NCBI GenBank assembly: GCA_012295275.1
Contig: CM022667.1
Coordinates: 21,266,001 to 21,330,000 of the forward strand
Origin: Chrysomallon squamiferum
Taxonomy: Eukaryota > Animalia > Mollusca
Reading direction: 5' to 3'
DNA length: 64,000 bases
Shown: in pieces, positions 1 to 22,838 of the stretch
How the letters are laid out: every line of letters begins with the position of its first letter
Position numbering within the stretch: the stretch's first letter is position 1
Notes under the pieces: model-generated
What the model was told of the DNA's origin: nothing
The model's database searches: none
Seen by the model: only the letters and a program-made list of their open reading frames with translations
Made by a program: the position numbers and the translations under genes

Positions 1-751
1 GAGAGAGAGAGAGAGAGAGAGAGCGCATTTGGTTATTCTGTATTTATTCAAAACAGTGATAAAAAAGTACAAATGGACCAACAGGAACGAAATCTCGTAA
101 CGGCAGAATTTATGTCACCGGGATAAATGCCTCCGGGATTTCGCCGATTTATTGGGTACTAACTACACATGAATGGTCTTTCCTGTAGGGTTCTGACACG
201 GGAAACATGCCAGTTAGAAAAGTCAATACATTAATCTTATACCGAATTATAATTTTAGTTTATTATTTGCACAGAAATAATCCAGTTTGAAAAGTTTGAT
301 TAAGTTGAAAAAGTAGTTAGGAAAGGCGCAGGACATCAGGGTTTACTAATACGAACAACCATCCTTGTCTTTAACAATGTAAATCATAAAAAGTTCAGAA
401 AAATTACGCAACATAGTTGAATTTGGAAGTTTAAAAACCCGATCAGACGGCTTCCGAGCGCTCATGGAAACTTCCGATCGCAATCTAAGATGGCAGCGTC
501 GAACTCCAGTCGGTGTTTACAAACTTTTAAACATGTATTCCTTCATAAAGTAATCAATTCTACATGGATTATTAAAAGTAAATTGGGGAAATATATCATA
601 TAATTAAAGTATCGTGTACACAGACCTCTATTATCGAGTAGTCATTGCTGCAAGGATCGAAACTTTTTTTGGTACCTTTGGTGTCATACCATCTCGTACC
701 GTTTAGTACTATATTTTTATCAACTATTACAACGATGTCGCCAGAAAAATA

Positions 752-782
<31 letters not shown>

Positions 783-1266
783 TAAATAGACAAATAATTA
801 ATTTCACAGACACTGGCGCGTGAATATGAAGATGACTATTATCATTAGGTGCCATGTGGACACGTTACTCTGCTAAAACTCCAAAGCAGACAGTTCTGAG
901 TATGTAGTTGTAATACAATACTTGAAACCATTATAATTGTATTATTATTATTAATAACCGGCCGAATAAAAAAAAAAAAAAAAAAAAAATTGATTAAAAA
1001 TTAATTTTTCACTCTTTTTCGTTAAAACAAAAAGCTTTCATTTTTTAAAACCTGTACTGTTATATATGCAAACAATGAGTTTCCTATTTTAATTCTAAAA
1101 AAGTCATTGGTTCAACTTTTATTAAAAGTTGATATTAAAACTGCTAGAAAAAGCATTGATTAAAAACTTATTAAAAATAGATTATCATTATTAACATTTA
1201 TTATTGTGTTGAAATAGAAATTACTTAAATTTCTAATTTTCACACTTGGTGAATGAAGACGTAAAC

Positions 1267-1359
1267 CTTCACTGACTTATTACGATGTTGTAATCTTCAC
1301 TGACTTGTTACGATGTTGTAATCTTCACTGACTTGTTCCAATGTTGTAATCTTCACTGA
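1267..1359 (+). repeat. 28-bp tandem repeat, 3.3 copies
   Basis: cttcactgactt(a/g)tt(a/c)c(g/a)atgttgtaat at 1267, 1295, 1323 and 1351 (partial). Confidence 0.9.
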
Positions 1360-2535
1360 ACATTTGAAAATTGCCGCGTGACGGCTCACATTCATACTTT
1401 AACCTTCCTTCAAATTTTTAAAACTGTTCCTCGAACACATCTAACTAAATACATGTAGTCTATTTTATTTTACAACACTGATATCTTTCCATATGCAATC
1501 TGAGGTCAAAATAAGTCATAGTTTTTACAAACCGGATGAAAAAGCCAGTTATTATACGTACTTGTATAGTTTTGTATATATGTATATATATATATGTGAC
1601 ATCTCGCCCAAATGTTTTTGCCCCGCTCTTCTCGGCGGTTAAATGTTTTTGCCTCATTTCAAAACGAGTCTAGTTACAGCCATGAACATAATTATACATG
1701 TTTATTTATGTTCAAATGTTTCTGTACAAGTATTTACTGGATATTATATCGATGTATTTATTTCCACATATATCAGGATATTATGAAAACTATTAATATT
1801 AGTTTAACTAAATGATCTGAAAAAAATGATGAAAAGAAATAAGAAATAAATTAGAACGATCAGAGATATAAAAGAAAAACAAATATTTACATGTAAAGAT
1901 AACACAGACATGAAAACTGTATAATGTAATAACTATAATTACTGTTATTGTCAGTTTTGTTTGTCACGTGTTAATTATCAGTAAGCAAATATCTTATCAG
2001 CACTGTCACAAAAAGCAGGTTAATATGAACAAATCTTACTTCTGTTTCATTTCTACTGCTAAGAGAAAAAAGACACCACATAGTTTTTATAAATCTATTC
2101 TGAATTAATTCAGCCACATCCTCTCTTCCTAACTTTAACAGGCATGGAGCTAAAACTAGAGTGAACACAATAATAATGTTGATTTTGTGGTATATATCTA
2201 TATATTTAATTTTTAACTTATTTACTGATTGTACAAAGAGAAAAAAAGAAGAAGAAAAGAAATGGTGCATCCATTACGTTTTATATTGTTTAATGTCTCT
2301 CTGATAGAACTAATCATTCTAGGTTTAACCTGACAGCTTCAAACTGGGTTTCCAACACAATAACGATCTATTTTAGAGTTTTGACATATAAACAAACAAA
2401 AGAAAAATAAATTATCTTTCAATGGTGTTATCAGAATAGGTACAGTGGAAATTTCCGCTCCTAGTGCAGCCGCTATCACAGCTGATCGGATTCACACAAC
2501 AGCAGTATGCGTTTAATTTGATACTGCTAGTGCAC

Positions 2536-2650
2536 TGGTCAACAGATAAAATGTCTATCCTTTTTCTACATTTATACTAAAATGTCCACCCTTTTTCTGC
2601 ATATAATATTATATATGTAGAAAAAGGGCGGACATTTTATCTGTTGACCA
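2536..2650. mobile_element. Short palindromic MITE-like element with an internal duplication of the subterminal motif
   Basis: tggtcaacagataaaatgtc ... gacattttatctgttgacca (20-bp perfect inverted repeat); aaaatgtc(t/c)a(t/c)cctttttct(a/g)cat occurs twice directly and once inverted. Confidence 0.65.
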
Positions 2651-3239
2651 CCGCTAAAAAAAAAAAAAAAAAAAAAAAGTGTGTGTGGTGTGTTATTTAG
2701 CTGGAGAAAGAAGCATTGGAAACAAATTATAATAATCCTAAAAAAAAAAATGCATTTTTAGTAAATGAAATAAAACGTTTCTTAACATATAATGTAGTAG
2801 ATTTCACCTATCTACCATGTCCACCTCGAGATTCACACAACTAGAGGCGGATCTCTTACGGAAACAGCCGACTGAAGAAGATAACAGTTGTTAATGAAAT
2901 CTCTTTGCTGCTTGCGAAGGGTCCCACTGTCTGAAACAGATTTTATTACACATTTTACTTCATAACGAAAACACCTATAATTTATGGCCATCATTGTTTA
3001 TGGTCTATTTATAGTTATTATTTAAAATTGTTCAGATGTCTTTGAACATTATATTAGTATTCGTTTATTAAAACTTCTGTTCAAAATGCGTTTACTTATT
3101 CCATCCCCTTTAAATGAAAATAAAGATTTCGTAAATCACACGAGTTTTCTGTGTGTAACACATTTTTCGTGTGACGCATGCATGAAACAGAAAACCACGC
3201 ATTGATGCCAAAACTGATTTAACGCAATGCCCAACCAGA

Positions 3240-3272
<33 letters not shown>

Positions 3273-5682
3273 TTATTAATTATAAAAATGTAAGAAAACA
3301 CCGATTGGTTTTGAAAACAGAACAAGTTAATTACAGTGGTATTCGTGGTGAGTATGTAATATGTTGTTGTTTTTCATTGGGTTTTTTGTTTTGTTTTTTG
3401 TAAAGTTATTTGCTTTGTTATTTTACAGCTGTTTTACTGGGGATTTTGTTTGTTTGTTTGTTGTTGAAGTTGTTTTCCTTGTTTGTTTTATAGGTTTTTT
3501 TAAATTTCTTTTGTCTCTGTGATTATGCGTATAGATTTGCGAGCGAGGTTAACTTTTTTTTAATTGTTAAATTATCTTGATCATGTTCATTATCAGTATT
3601 ATTATTATTATTATTATTACCATACTACTAATATTATTATTACTACTACCGATATTGTTATTATTACTAGTAGTAGTAGTAAAATCATTATAATTATTTT
3701 ATTTTATTTTTCTGATTTAATTGTAATGTCTTTCGTAGAAATGTGATATATCATTTCGATAAAAAATATGAGAACCTGAAGAAATATTTCCATCAAAAGA
3801 GCTTCTTTGTTTGGACCAACGTAAGAAGCAGTTTACATTTTTACAACGTGCGATAAATGCGGAAAATCACAAACAATTCATTAGGAAGAAACAGATACCG
3901 AAGCTATTCCTCCCAAAAGTACTTTGAATATTTAAAATAAAAGAAAAAAAAAGAAAAAAAAGAGGGTGAGAGGTCCCTCTTTTTAGGAAGGTGATTATAT
4001 AAAAGATACTGCTAAAAAATCTTCTCTCGACGTAAATATTCGAGATTCCGTTAGATCTGATAAGTGTCGATATAATTGAAGTCGCTTTTTAACTTTGAAT
4101 TTCAGACCCCAGCCCGATGAACTAAGACTTCTGAAGAGGCTTCACCATTGTTAAACAAATCACCTAAGAGTGCAAAAAGTACAGGTGAACCTGTCAACGA
4201 CGGACAATGACGATGTTAACTGAAGTTAACGGAAAGCTACTCTGACCTGGGGAAATCCAAAGATAAATACATATTTTTACTGACACGCAAACACTTGTAT
4301 CAGCAGTAAACAACACTGTGTGTGTTTATATATATATATATTTACATGTATATGTTATCACCCTTAAGATTTTAATATTTACATATCTGTGTCAATTTAT
4401 TCCCAGAGTGAGTTCTGACTGTAGCTTTGTTATTATAATACATTTAGTTTTACATTGGTGCAAGAGTGTAGATTAAGAAGCGTTCTGAATACAAGAGTAA
4501 AATTAATAGTTTTAACTAAAAATGCTATCGATTGATAGTTTAATACATTTGTAAGTTAAACCTCATTTACTGAAGTATAAGCCAGAACAGGTACAACAGT
4601 ATGTTTTACAAATAACAAATCATTATTTATTTATTTTGTTTGTGATGCATTTGCAATTAACAGATTAGTACATATAAATCTCATGAATATGTTTCATGGG
4701 AATAGGTAAAACAAAACCTGAAATTCTCCGATGGCGCTAATTCTCATTCTACCTAAAGCCACAGAACAACATTTTCAAAGACCTTGGCATCAATGTTCGA
4801 GTCTATCGAACATAAATAAAAATATATCTACATCCACAGCTCATGGAGTGATTGAAAATTCCCTGTTTGATTTGTCGCTAAACTCCAAAACGCAAGTTTT
4901 TAACATGATAAAATTTGTCAAATCATTCTTCCGAGACCAATACTATCATTGAACTGTAACCGAATTCATACTCTGTTCATCTGAAAACTAAATGATTTTC
5001 TAATTGATGATTCGTATTTCATATAGCAAGTTAGTGTAAGACGTTTCATCTAAACGATACGCTTTACAATGTACTGTCATTATTTGAACAAAACGGCTGC
5101 ATTCGTAAATCTTTTTAACCATTTGTTTCTGAATGGCAATTAATCTTTGCTAACAGTTAAGTGAGGCACTAAACATAAACACATCTTTGATTCTTACACG
5201 TGGTTTAAAAAAAGTAAACTGAAATGTATACAAAAAGAACCAAATAACCGACAAGGACGACGACTTCTGGCGCATTATTCTATTGACCGTTCCTTCGATT
5301 TGATCAAAGGCCGTGGTATGTGTTCTCCTGTCTGTATTAAAGTGCTTGTAACAGATTATTTCGTTTGCTGCTGCTTTGTTTGATGACTGGCTCAAAGAAA
5401 GATTTAAGCTATGTTAATATGTCACTGAGGAATGTTGTCACATGCAATGGATTATACTTAAGTTACATAATTTTTTGTTTAGGCATTCAGATACAAAATA
5501 AGCATATTAGCCAATATTTATGTTTCATCTCGTTAACTGTTACAAGTACATTGTTAATATTTAATCTATTTAGCCTGATTTATTTAATGTTTAACCTGCC
5601 AACATCCTGTACATACAATGAACACAGGAAGGAATGTTTATTTGACAATATTTTAGAATAGAGCTAATATTGAGAACTTCAC

Positions 5683-5792
5683 AGATAATGAGAAAAGAAA
5701 GGAAAAAACACCATATTATGCGTTACTCTTTTTTCCATTAGCGGCAGGCATCTTTTACACAAACTTTTGGTAGACATGAAAGCTCATATCAC
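5683..5792. mobile_element. Probable degenerate SINE body remnant
   Basis: tactcttttttccattagcggcaggcatcttttacac...agacatgaaagctcatatcac resembles a mollusc SINE core as I recall it; not verified. Confidence 0.3.
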
Positions 5793-6587
5793 ATATATAA
5801 GTAACTTAAAGTACTAGCTTGTCTGGCAATTAATTATTATGGACTAGCTATCATGGCTTATTCCTATTACACCCCAGCATTTTGTATTTTTGCCTTCCAG
5901 TTTAAATATGATGCAATGAGAAGGCGGGGTTCTTCGGTACTATACTACTAACTGCTATAAAAATTGAAGCTCGTTCTATTTAAAAAAAAATAAAAAAATA
6001 AAAAATTGACTTGACAGTGAAACCGATTTCCTTCTTTAAAATTTATCAACATTGCCACCAACTTTTCTGAAATCCCACAATTGTCTGGTATATTGAAGTC
6101 AATTATAATAGCTGTGTTCATTTATTTTCAGAAATAATTTGACAGTTCTGTGTGTACCTATGTACATTGCTTCCATTACAACGCTTAATAAAATAATTAA
6201 TTCGTCCTTCATTCATTTTTTTACTGTATTACTAATTTATTATTTTAGTTTATATTCAGGACTAATCACACATAATCTTCCCTTCGTAACGAATCCCAGT
6301 ACTCTCTTTTCATCCTTCCTTCATTCGTAAATATATATTTTTTCGTCATCCATACTTTTATTCATATTTATTTATTTATTGACTATTCATTCATTATTCA
6401 CTCCATACCATCGCAAGTTACTTCTCTCTCTCTCTCTCTGCATTGCCTAATGGAGTTATAACTAGGTTGATAATTATTATTTAGGTTCAAGTATGCTCGT
6501 GTCGTGTTGTGCTTCACGTCAGGTATGTTTCCACAACGACTATAGGAATCTTCCCCTCGCTTATCACACTGACCTATTAAACACATT

Positions 6588-6596
6588 TATATATAA
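6588..6596 (+). promoter_or_regulatory. Candidate TATA box of PMT
   Basis: TATATATAA about 85 nt upstream of the ATG at 6677; AT-rich background makes this weak. Confidence 0.35.
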
Positions 6597-6676
6597 CTGT
6601 GCAATCGTGTTCATTTCTAGAGTTCATCAAAAACCTGAGAAAAAAATAAGAAAAGTAATAACTTTAAAAACTGGCC

Positions 6677-15653
<8,977 letters not shown>

Positions 15654-18368
15654 ATCTGAGATACACGTTATTATTCTGTGGATAGCTTTGATTTAAAAAC
15701 ATTCAAAGTTACCTTTTACTATCGTCTCTGGATAATATTACATAACACGTGTTACAGTTCTATTCAGATTGCCCATTAGATAATTATATAATCTTTATTA
15801 TTGTGTTTGTTAGTGTGTGTACGTGTGTTGAAATGTGTGTTTATATATATAAGGGAAGGAGAATTTTGTTAGGGGGGTTGTTGGTTTTTTTGGGGGGGGT
15901 TGTTATTCTTTTGTGTAGAAAACAAAAACTCTTCATCAAATGGACACTGTGTTTCCTTATTTATATAAATAAAGCCAGATAATCAGTTGTTTGAAATCGG
16001 TTGAGAAAAACTCAAGCTGACGGTGCATGGTATAAAATACGCATTTATAATAGCAGAAATTAAGCAAATAATTTATCTGAAATGAAGAAAACCCATAAAA
16101 TTTTGCCAAGGGTTTAATAAATAAACGTCTTTGTTAGTACAGAAGCTGGAAATCAGTAGATTATAAGCTGTTACAAACCTGTACACCAGCTGTGCTAAAT
16201 GATTTGAAGGTTATTTGTGAGAATTCCGAATAAAGATGTTAATTAATATTTTGTTTTGTTTGATTATTGTTGTCAATGTCTTTTGTAAATTGTATGGAAT
16301 TGTAATTTTATTTCATTGTGAAGGGTTTAAGAACGGATGGGTGGAGTTCACGAAATTGTTTTGCCTGTAATACAGTTATTACCTAATGAAGAAACTGGTT
16401 GCTAACGAAAATGTTACATACTTGTTTGCATGGAAGTTTAGAAACAACATTATTAAAATGCAGATTGAAAATGCAAAAACGCGGCCTAATTTTTAACAAA
16501 TTTGTACGTAAAATTTATCAAAACAGTTACATAACAGATTTGTTTATTAAATTGAATTAATATTTACATATAATGTAATCTCTGTTAAAATCGTGGATTT
16601 TTGGCATATACGTAATTAAATCGACTTTTATGTGTGACCTTCAAATAAGCCTGTGACACAAACTGCGACCACGCAGCTGTTAACTGTAATTCTAGTGTTC
16701 GCGCATTATAATTGAAGAGCGTTTTTTTTTTTTTTTATTATATAATATATATACCGCTTTCTAATGATAAACTTGATCGACTCTTTGACAAACTGCTCGG
16801 TGGCGCCTGAAGCAGTTGCCATACTTGTCATACCAAGTGTGAAATCCACTGTCTTCAAACACTGGATAATGTCAGTTGTTATTTGCGTTTAAGGAAGAAA
16901 CTAGTATTTCACCAACTTCAGAAAACTGTGAATTAAATTATCTTGATATAGTATCTTAGATATTAGCAGATACTTTTTTCTTTTCTTTTTTTAAATATTT
17001 TATTTATTTTATTTTATTTTATTTTATTTTATTTTATTTTATTTGTCCCCTCAAAGAATCTCCAGCCAACAGTTTTTTTTCTTATTTATTCAAGAGGTGC
17101 CGCTACTAATCAGTGTTCATTTTTCTTATCATAAATATATCATGAAGTATATTAAGTTAGTGTACACAGGTACAAAGTACATGTGGGAAAAGAAAGGGTA
17201 AACGGTAATAGATATAAAACAGGCATATCTGATAGGTGAGGGACAGTGGGGCAGAGTGACATTTTATTTCCAGCACATATTCAAAGATTTCATTATGTTG
17301 ATATAACAACCTGTTATCTATGAAATGTCTACAGTGTCAACCAGTTGGTAAATCTGATGTTTAGTAGATCGTCTGGTATTGACTTTAACGGATTGTTCCT
17401 TCAGTGATTGCGGACTTTAGTCCAGAAATACATGAAATTTCGGTTAGTAATATATTTTAATGTCATAAAATGAAAAATAATAACTGATAGAAAAACCTAG
17501 AAATGTGTCGTTTATTATTTTCTTGCAGAATGAAATTGATTTAAAATGTAAACTGATGATGATAAAGTTAGAACCTAACTAATTATTGTATTAGTTATCA
17601 AACATTTCTCTTGATGGTCTGTGCAGAATTATCATGCAAGTAGGTCAGGTCTTAAAATGCTTTTAACAAAATTGTCATATTAGTAGTGTGTGTTTTAAAT
17701 AAGACAAAATATACAGTAAATAAGAACACACTAACTTCAAATGTGTGTACTCTTCAAATTAAGCTCACTGATAGGATTTCTCATACATTGCTTAGAAACC
17801 ATATAATTTCACAATATGTTTTAAAACTCAGTTTTTCATTGGTGCATCACTGATGCTAAATATATTCTATTTTAATTCCAATTTGATCAAACCTCAGTCT
17901 GTGTAGTCACAGACTCCCAAACTGAGGCCACAAGACTGTCAACCCTGCAGTTTGATTAGTTGACATCGAAGTCCAAAGATATTTGCCATTTTACAAAATT
18001 GTATTTGTATTTTAAACAGTATCTGTAAACGCTCGTTATCATTTTACTTTATTATTTCCATGTAGTTTTCAATAAAATTGCAATGCAGTCAAAATTAATT
18101 TCTTTACAATGTCCTGAAACCATTAAAATAGTTTTTCTGCTATCCACATTTCAACATACTTTCAGGGTAGTGTGTTCGGATCCCCCTATCAAATTCAGTA
18201 CACGTAATACGTGGTTGTCAACAATGCTAGTCCTCTGCTGCAATGTCCAACAGTTACATCGGCCATCTCCCTCTCTCTCTTTGTATGTATGTGTGTCTGG
18301 TAAGCATTTTACAAGTATCTGTTTATCTTTTATATTTCAGGAACCAGTCTGTTCAATGAAGAGTAAAT

Positions 18369-21300
18369 ATGTCAGTAATACATAAAGCGTTTGAATCTGT
18401 TGAAGGCATCTTCTTTGTACTTGTAAGCATTTTAATATATAACATTCTTACAAGACGAAATAAATGAATTAGTTACTTAAAGAATGAAGAAAATATTCTC
18501 TTTTTTTAGTATATTTTATAATTAAATGAATGTGATGATAGTGATGATGATGATGATGATGATGATTACTATTATTAAAATAATGGTTTGTCAGATAGTG
18601 TTTGTAATATTTTCTAGGTCAACTGGTATGATCTGTATGTGTATTCATCTCTACAGAAGTTCTTGTGGCCAGTAGTGGAACAGATTCCACGATGTGCAGA
18701 ACTCGGAGGACGGAAGTACACGTGTTTCACAGCTAATGTAGTGTCATGGGCGAGAACGTTCTTGGTCATCCTAATTGCATTCTGCCTCAAGTAAGTTAGA
18801 TAGTAATGAAAAGAAGTGAAGTATATACTTCATGGCTGAATAATAAAAGCAACATATTTCATGATCATGAAACCTTTACTAATAATGGGTGAAAAAAATA
18901 GAGCAAAATTTATATGGGTGAATAAGTGTACACAGCTTTATTGATAGCATTTGTCATCTAAAAATAATAATGTATCCTGACTGCATTGCAAATATGTTTA
19001 TCTTCAAAGCAAATATATAATTCAATATTTGGTAATGAAAATTATTTATTTTAATAAGATAAATAAAATAAAATGAAGTCTGGGTTGTTTTCATTATCAG
19101 ATACACTGCCTGCTGGACAGCATTCCTGCTCGTCCTGTTTCATGATTTTCTTGATCATCTTGATGGAATAGTTGCTAAGGTTCAGAGACAGAAGTATGGA
19201 CCAATAGATGATCCACTACTGGGTGGATTCATGGATGCATTCTGTGACAAGGTTGGAAATCTTTAAAAGTTAAATTGTTACCCATGACAATGGTTTCTTC
19301 TGGTTTGTATGTGTTTTTTCATGAAAGCAAAGCAAAACAAAATGTCTTTATATTTTCAGATTGTAAATGTTCTTGCTCTCTGGAGTATTGTCATGGTGAC
19401 TAATTTCTCATTACTCTCATGGTTACAAACTTTGGTTTTTTTAAGTCTTTGTGCAACCGTCATGGCATATGAATTTATTCTGGGTGTCATCAGAGTTCAG
19501 GATTACTTCACAGCTTATTATTCTAGGTAAATGAACAAATGTTAAGTGGGTTCTATTACTAATGGAAGGTATATGAAATTTCTATAGTAATTATAATTAT
19601 AATTTGAGAAACTTCTTCCACTCCATATAGTAGTATATGGGACTGAGTATGATCATAACAACAATCCTAATACTAATACTAATGATAATGATGAACATAA
19701 AAAAGATAATTATGATGGCAATAATAAGATGTTTAATACTAAATGTTTTAATGGATATGTCTTTATTACAGAGAATTCAAGAAAACAGATGAGGTGTTAT
19801 CTGCAGTGTCTACAGCTGCTGTGATGGAAGGAAAACTCAAAGAGAAATTAGAATCTTTGGCAATTGCTTTCCTCTGTCTTGGACAAGCATCTAATAATAT
19901 AATGTCCAGTTTTAGTAAGACTATTTAAAAAAAGTTTAAAAGTTAAGTTTATTTATATAAATAATTTATGAATTTTTTTTTTATTATTGATTAGGTTCTT
20001 ATAATTTTAGTTCTTATTGTGATTTTTTGCTGCTGCTGTCTTTTTTGTTGAGTTTGTTAAAACTAGTTTGCTCAGAGTAAATGCTTCTATATACTGATAT
20101 ATTAGTTAATAAAAATATTTCCAGTTGCTTGTTTACACATGATATCACAACCTTTGGTGATGTGGGCTATAAAACATTAGTGAACTGAATAATTTGCCTC
20201 ATTGTAAAAATAGAAATCAATAAAAAAGTGTTACATGAAAATTATGGAATGTGGCATTTCACAGAAATATTTTTACTTCTGTGTTTCTGTAGGTGGAGTA
20301 ACTGGTGTTGTCTGTCTTCTTCTGTCTGTTCGTTTGGCTCATTCAAGTCTACAACAAAAACTGTCAGCAAGGAAAAAACAAGAACAATTCAAATGTAAAC
20401 AAACATCATCTGAAGAGAAACATCCTAGAACAGACATCAGCAAAATAAATAAAAGTTCTGAAAAGAAAATGTATGTACTGAAAATATGATATTAAACTTC
20501 AAAATTGGGATAATGGAATATGCACATGCACATGTATATGCACATATACACATGCATGCATATGTGAACACACACATAAAGATATATACATTATAACAAT
20601 AACTTGTGAGTTTGTAAAGTTTCAAGGCATTTTTTAAATTATCTTTTGGGAACTGATCTGACATGATCAATATGTAATTCCCAAACTGTTCTATTTTTGT
20701 AGGAGAAGATTATAATGAAGTGTGTTGCTGTGCAAGTAGATACTGTAACACAACCTGACAACGATAACAGAAGGTACACAAAAACTGAACAGTTTAATTT
20801 TAATTTTAATTTATTTCCTTTTCAGTTCAGATTAATAAACAAAATTTTAACATTTGCTCAAGATATCTTTTTAAAAGTATTATTAAAAATCTGTTAATAG
20901 TGAATACCATCCAGTTCAGTTCTGTTAGATTGTCAAGTTTAATGAAGAAATATACTAACAAAGATTTCAATAAATAAAATTTTCATTACCAGACAGTCTG
21001 TAGACAAATTTGAGATGAGAACCCATCATCGACGTCTGTCATTACCTCTCACCCATCTGGATGGACGTGTGGATAAAGTGTACACTGTTGGATGTTTTGA
21101 TCTCTTCCATCAAGGCCACATTAAGTTATTACAGAGAATGAAAGCCTTGGGAAAACAGGTACGTAACTAAAGAACTTTGAAAAACAGTTATTTATTTAAC
21201 AAGAAAACATTCATATCTGACTGTTTATTACTGATACAGAAATTGATCAGAATCAATATTTAAGAAAAGTACCTTAGTTTTGTAAAATAAAAATAAAATA

Positions 21301-22838
21301 AACAGATTAAGTAAAAGATTCATCTATTAAATAAATTAATTGTGTATATAATTTCAACACTATAACAAAATGTAAAATGTATGTAACTAATATTAAATTT
21401 TAAGTCCAGTGAGAAATTTCTTAGTTACAAGTACCACTGCATGAACATAAGCGCTTTATACTATTTAACAAGACAGAAGTATTAATTTTAATAATGTTTT
21501 AGTTTTACTGAATGCAGAGATTAATCAGTTTAATGAACAGACAGCCCATAGACAAACAAATAAATAAAAATATACTGTTGTCTCATGACATATTCAGTCA
21601 GACTTCTTTATAATGTCCCATAGATAAGAGATGAGTGTTTTTACAGGTAGTTGTAGGAGTTCATGATAGTCGCAGCATCTATGATCTAAAGAAACGTGTT
21701 CCTGTTGACAACACAGAACAGAGGATGATTAATGTGAAGAGATATGCTGATGTTGTAAGCAGTCAATTATATAAAATACATTAAATTAATTTGTGGTGTC
21801 AAAAAAGATGTTTTTATTTTGGAAGTAAAATAAAGCAATGTAAATATTAGAAAATCAATATAACAAAACAAAAAGCACTTCTGAAGTAATTTTGAAGTAA
21901 TAGAGGTAACAGAATGACTAATTCTTATTTTTTATAATAGACACACATGCACACACACACACTCACCCAAACCCATACACAGAACCACATCCGCCTGTTA
22001 TATAAACAACAACACACACACACACACACACCAGTAAAGAAAAAACAAATAAATAAGAAACCATTTTATAATTATAAGTTTGCATTACAATAGAAACAAC
22101 ATTCACATGATTCTTCTAATTACTTTGTAATGTGAAAAAATGGAACAATTCTGTAAATCTAAAAGAAATCTTAATTTTAAATAACCAAAAAAAAATTAAA
22201 AATTAAAATTATATTTAAGATTCCAAAAGAAATATAAAAGAAAAATGACATGATTTGGAAACAAATACATTGTATTTTATTTGAGTTTAAATTTAAAATG
22301 AAATGAAGGAATAACAGTATTTTGCTGATGTAATTCTCAAATACAGTTGTCTGTAAACTGAATATTCATGACACAACTGCCAATAAAATAAAACATTTTA
22401 AAGATAATGAAGGGGAACTGATTTACTTCACCACCAAGTTAAAATATCAACCATGAAAAATACTTTATCATACCTTTTTATGATAAATTTTAATCATTTA
22501 TTAAGGAAGCAAAAAAAAACAACAAAAAAAACATAAAGACAATTTCAGCTGTTAATGAATTCACACAATAAATCTTGTTATCTCAGGTTTTCTGTGTGGC
22601 TGGGACAGATCCGACAAACTTCATCCACTGTATCTTTAACAAGACGGATGACGATACAGCTCTGTATATCCGTGGAAATGACATGGAGAATTTTCCAGCC
22701 AGAGAGCTGTGTGAGTCATTGATGTCAGTTAAATTTCTGCCATACACAGAGGGTGTTTCTTCTACCAAGTTACGTAAAGATTTGTACAAAGCTGGGAAAC
22801 TTGAATCTGGGTCTGATGATATTTCTCTTTTTTACTAA
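18369..22838 (+). CDS. CDP-alcohol phosphotransferase (N-terminal, membrane) fused to a cytidylyltransferase (C-terminal, HxGH/TagD-like), ~463 aa (488 aa with an optional linker exon)
   Basis: Exons 18369-18422, 18618-18790, 19101-19251, 19360-19526, 19772-19914, 20293-20470, [20703-20773 optional], 20993-21158, 21647-21754, 22587-22838. CDP-alcohol signature DHLDGIVAK...GGFMDAFCDK, TANVVSWAR helix and PgsA-like GKLK motif. Cytidylyltransferase motifs VYTVGCFDLFHQGHIKLL, VVVGVHD, RGND and LPYTEGVSSTKLR. Confidence 0.9.

Noticed and set aside
2858-2940. Minus-strand exon-like segment (tttcag|...|gtaaga)
   Set aside because: No recognisable protein and no partner exons; cannot support a gene.
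4105-4225. Exon-like segment (TKTSEEASPLLNKSPK...)
   Set aside because: All frames from the acceptor hit stops; no homology recognised.
18369-22838. Bacterial contamination as the source of the TagD/PgsA-like gene
   Set aside because: The gene has at least eight canonical spliceosomal introns and sits among animal genes.
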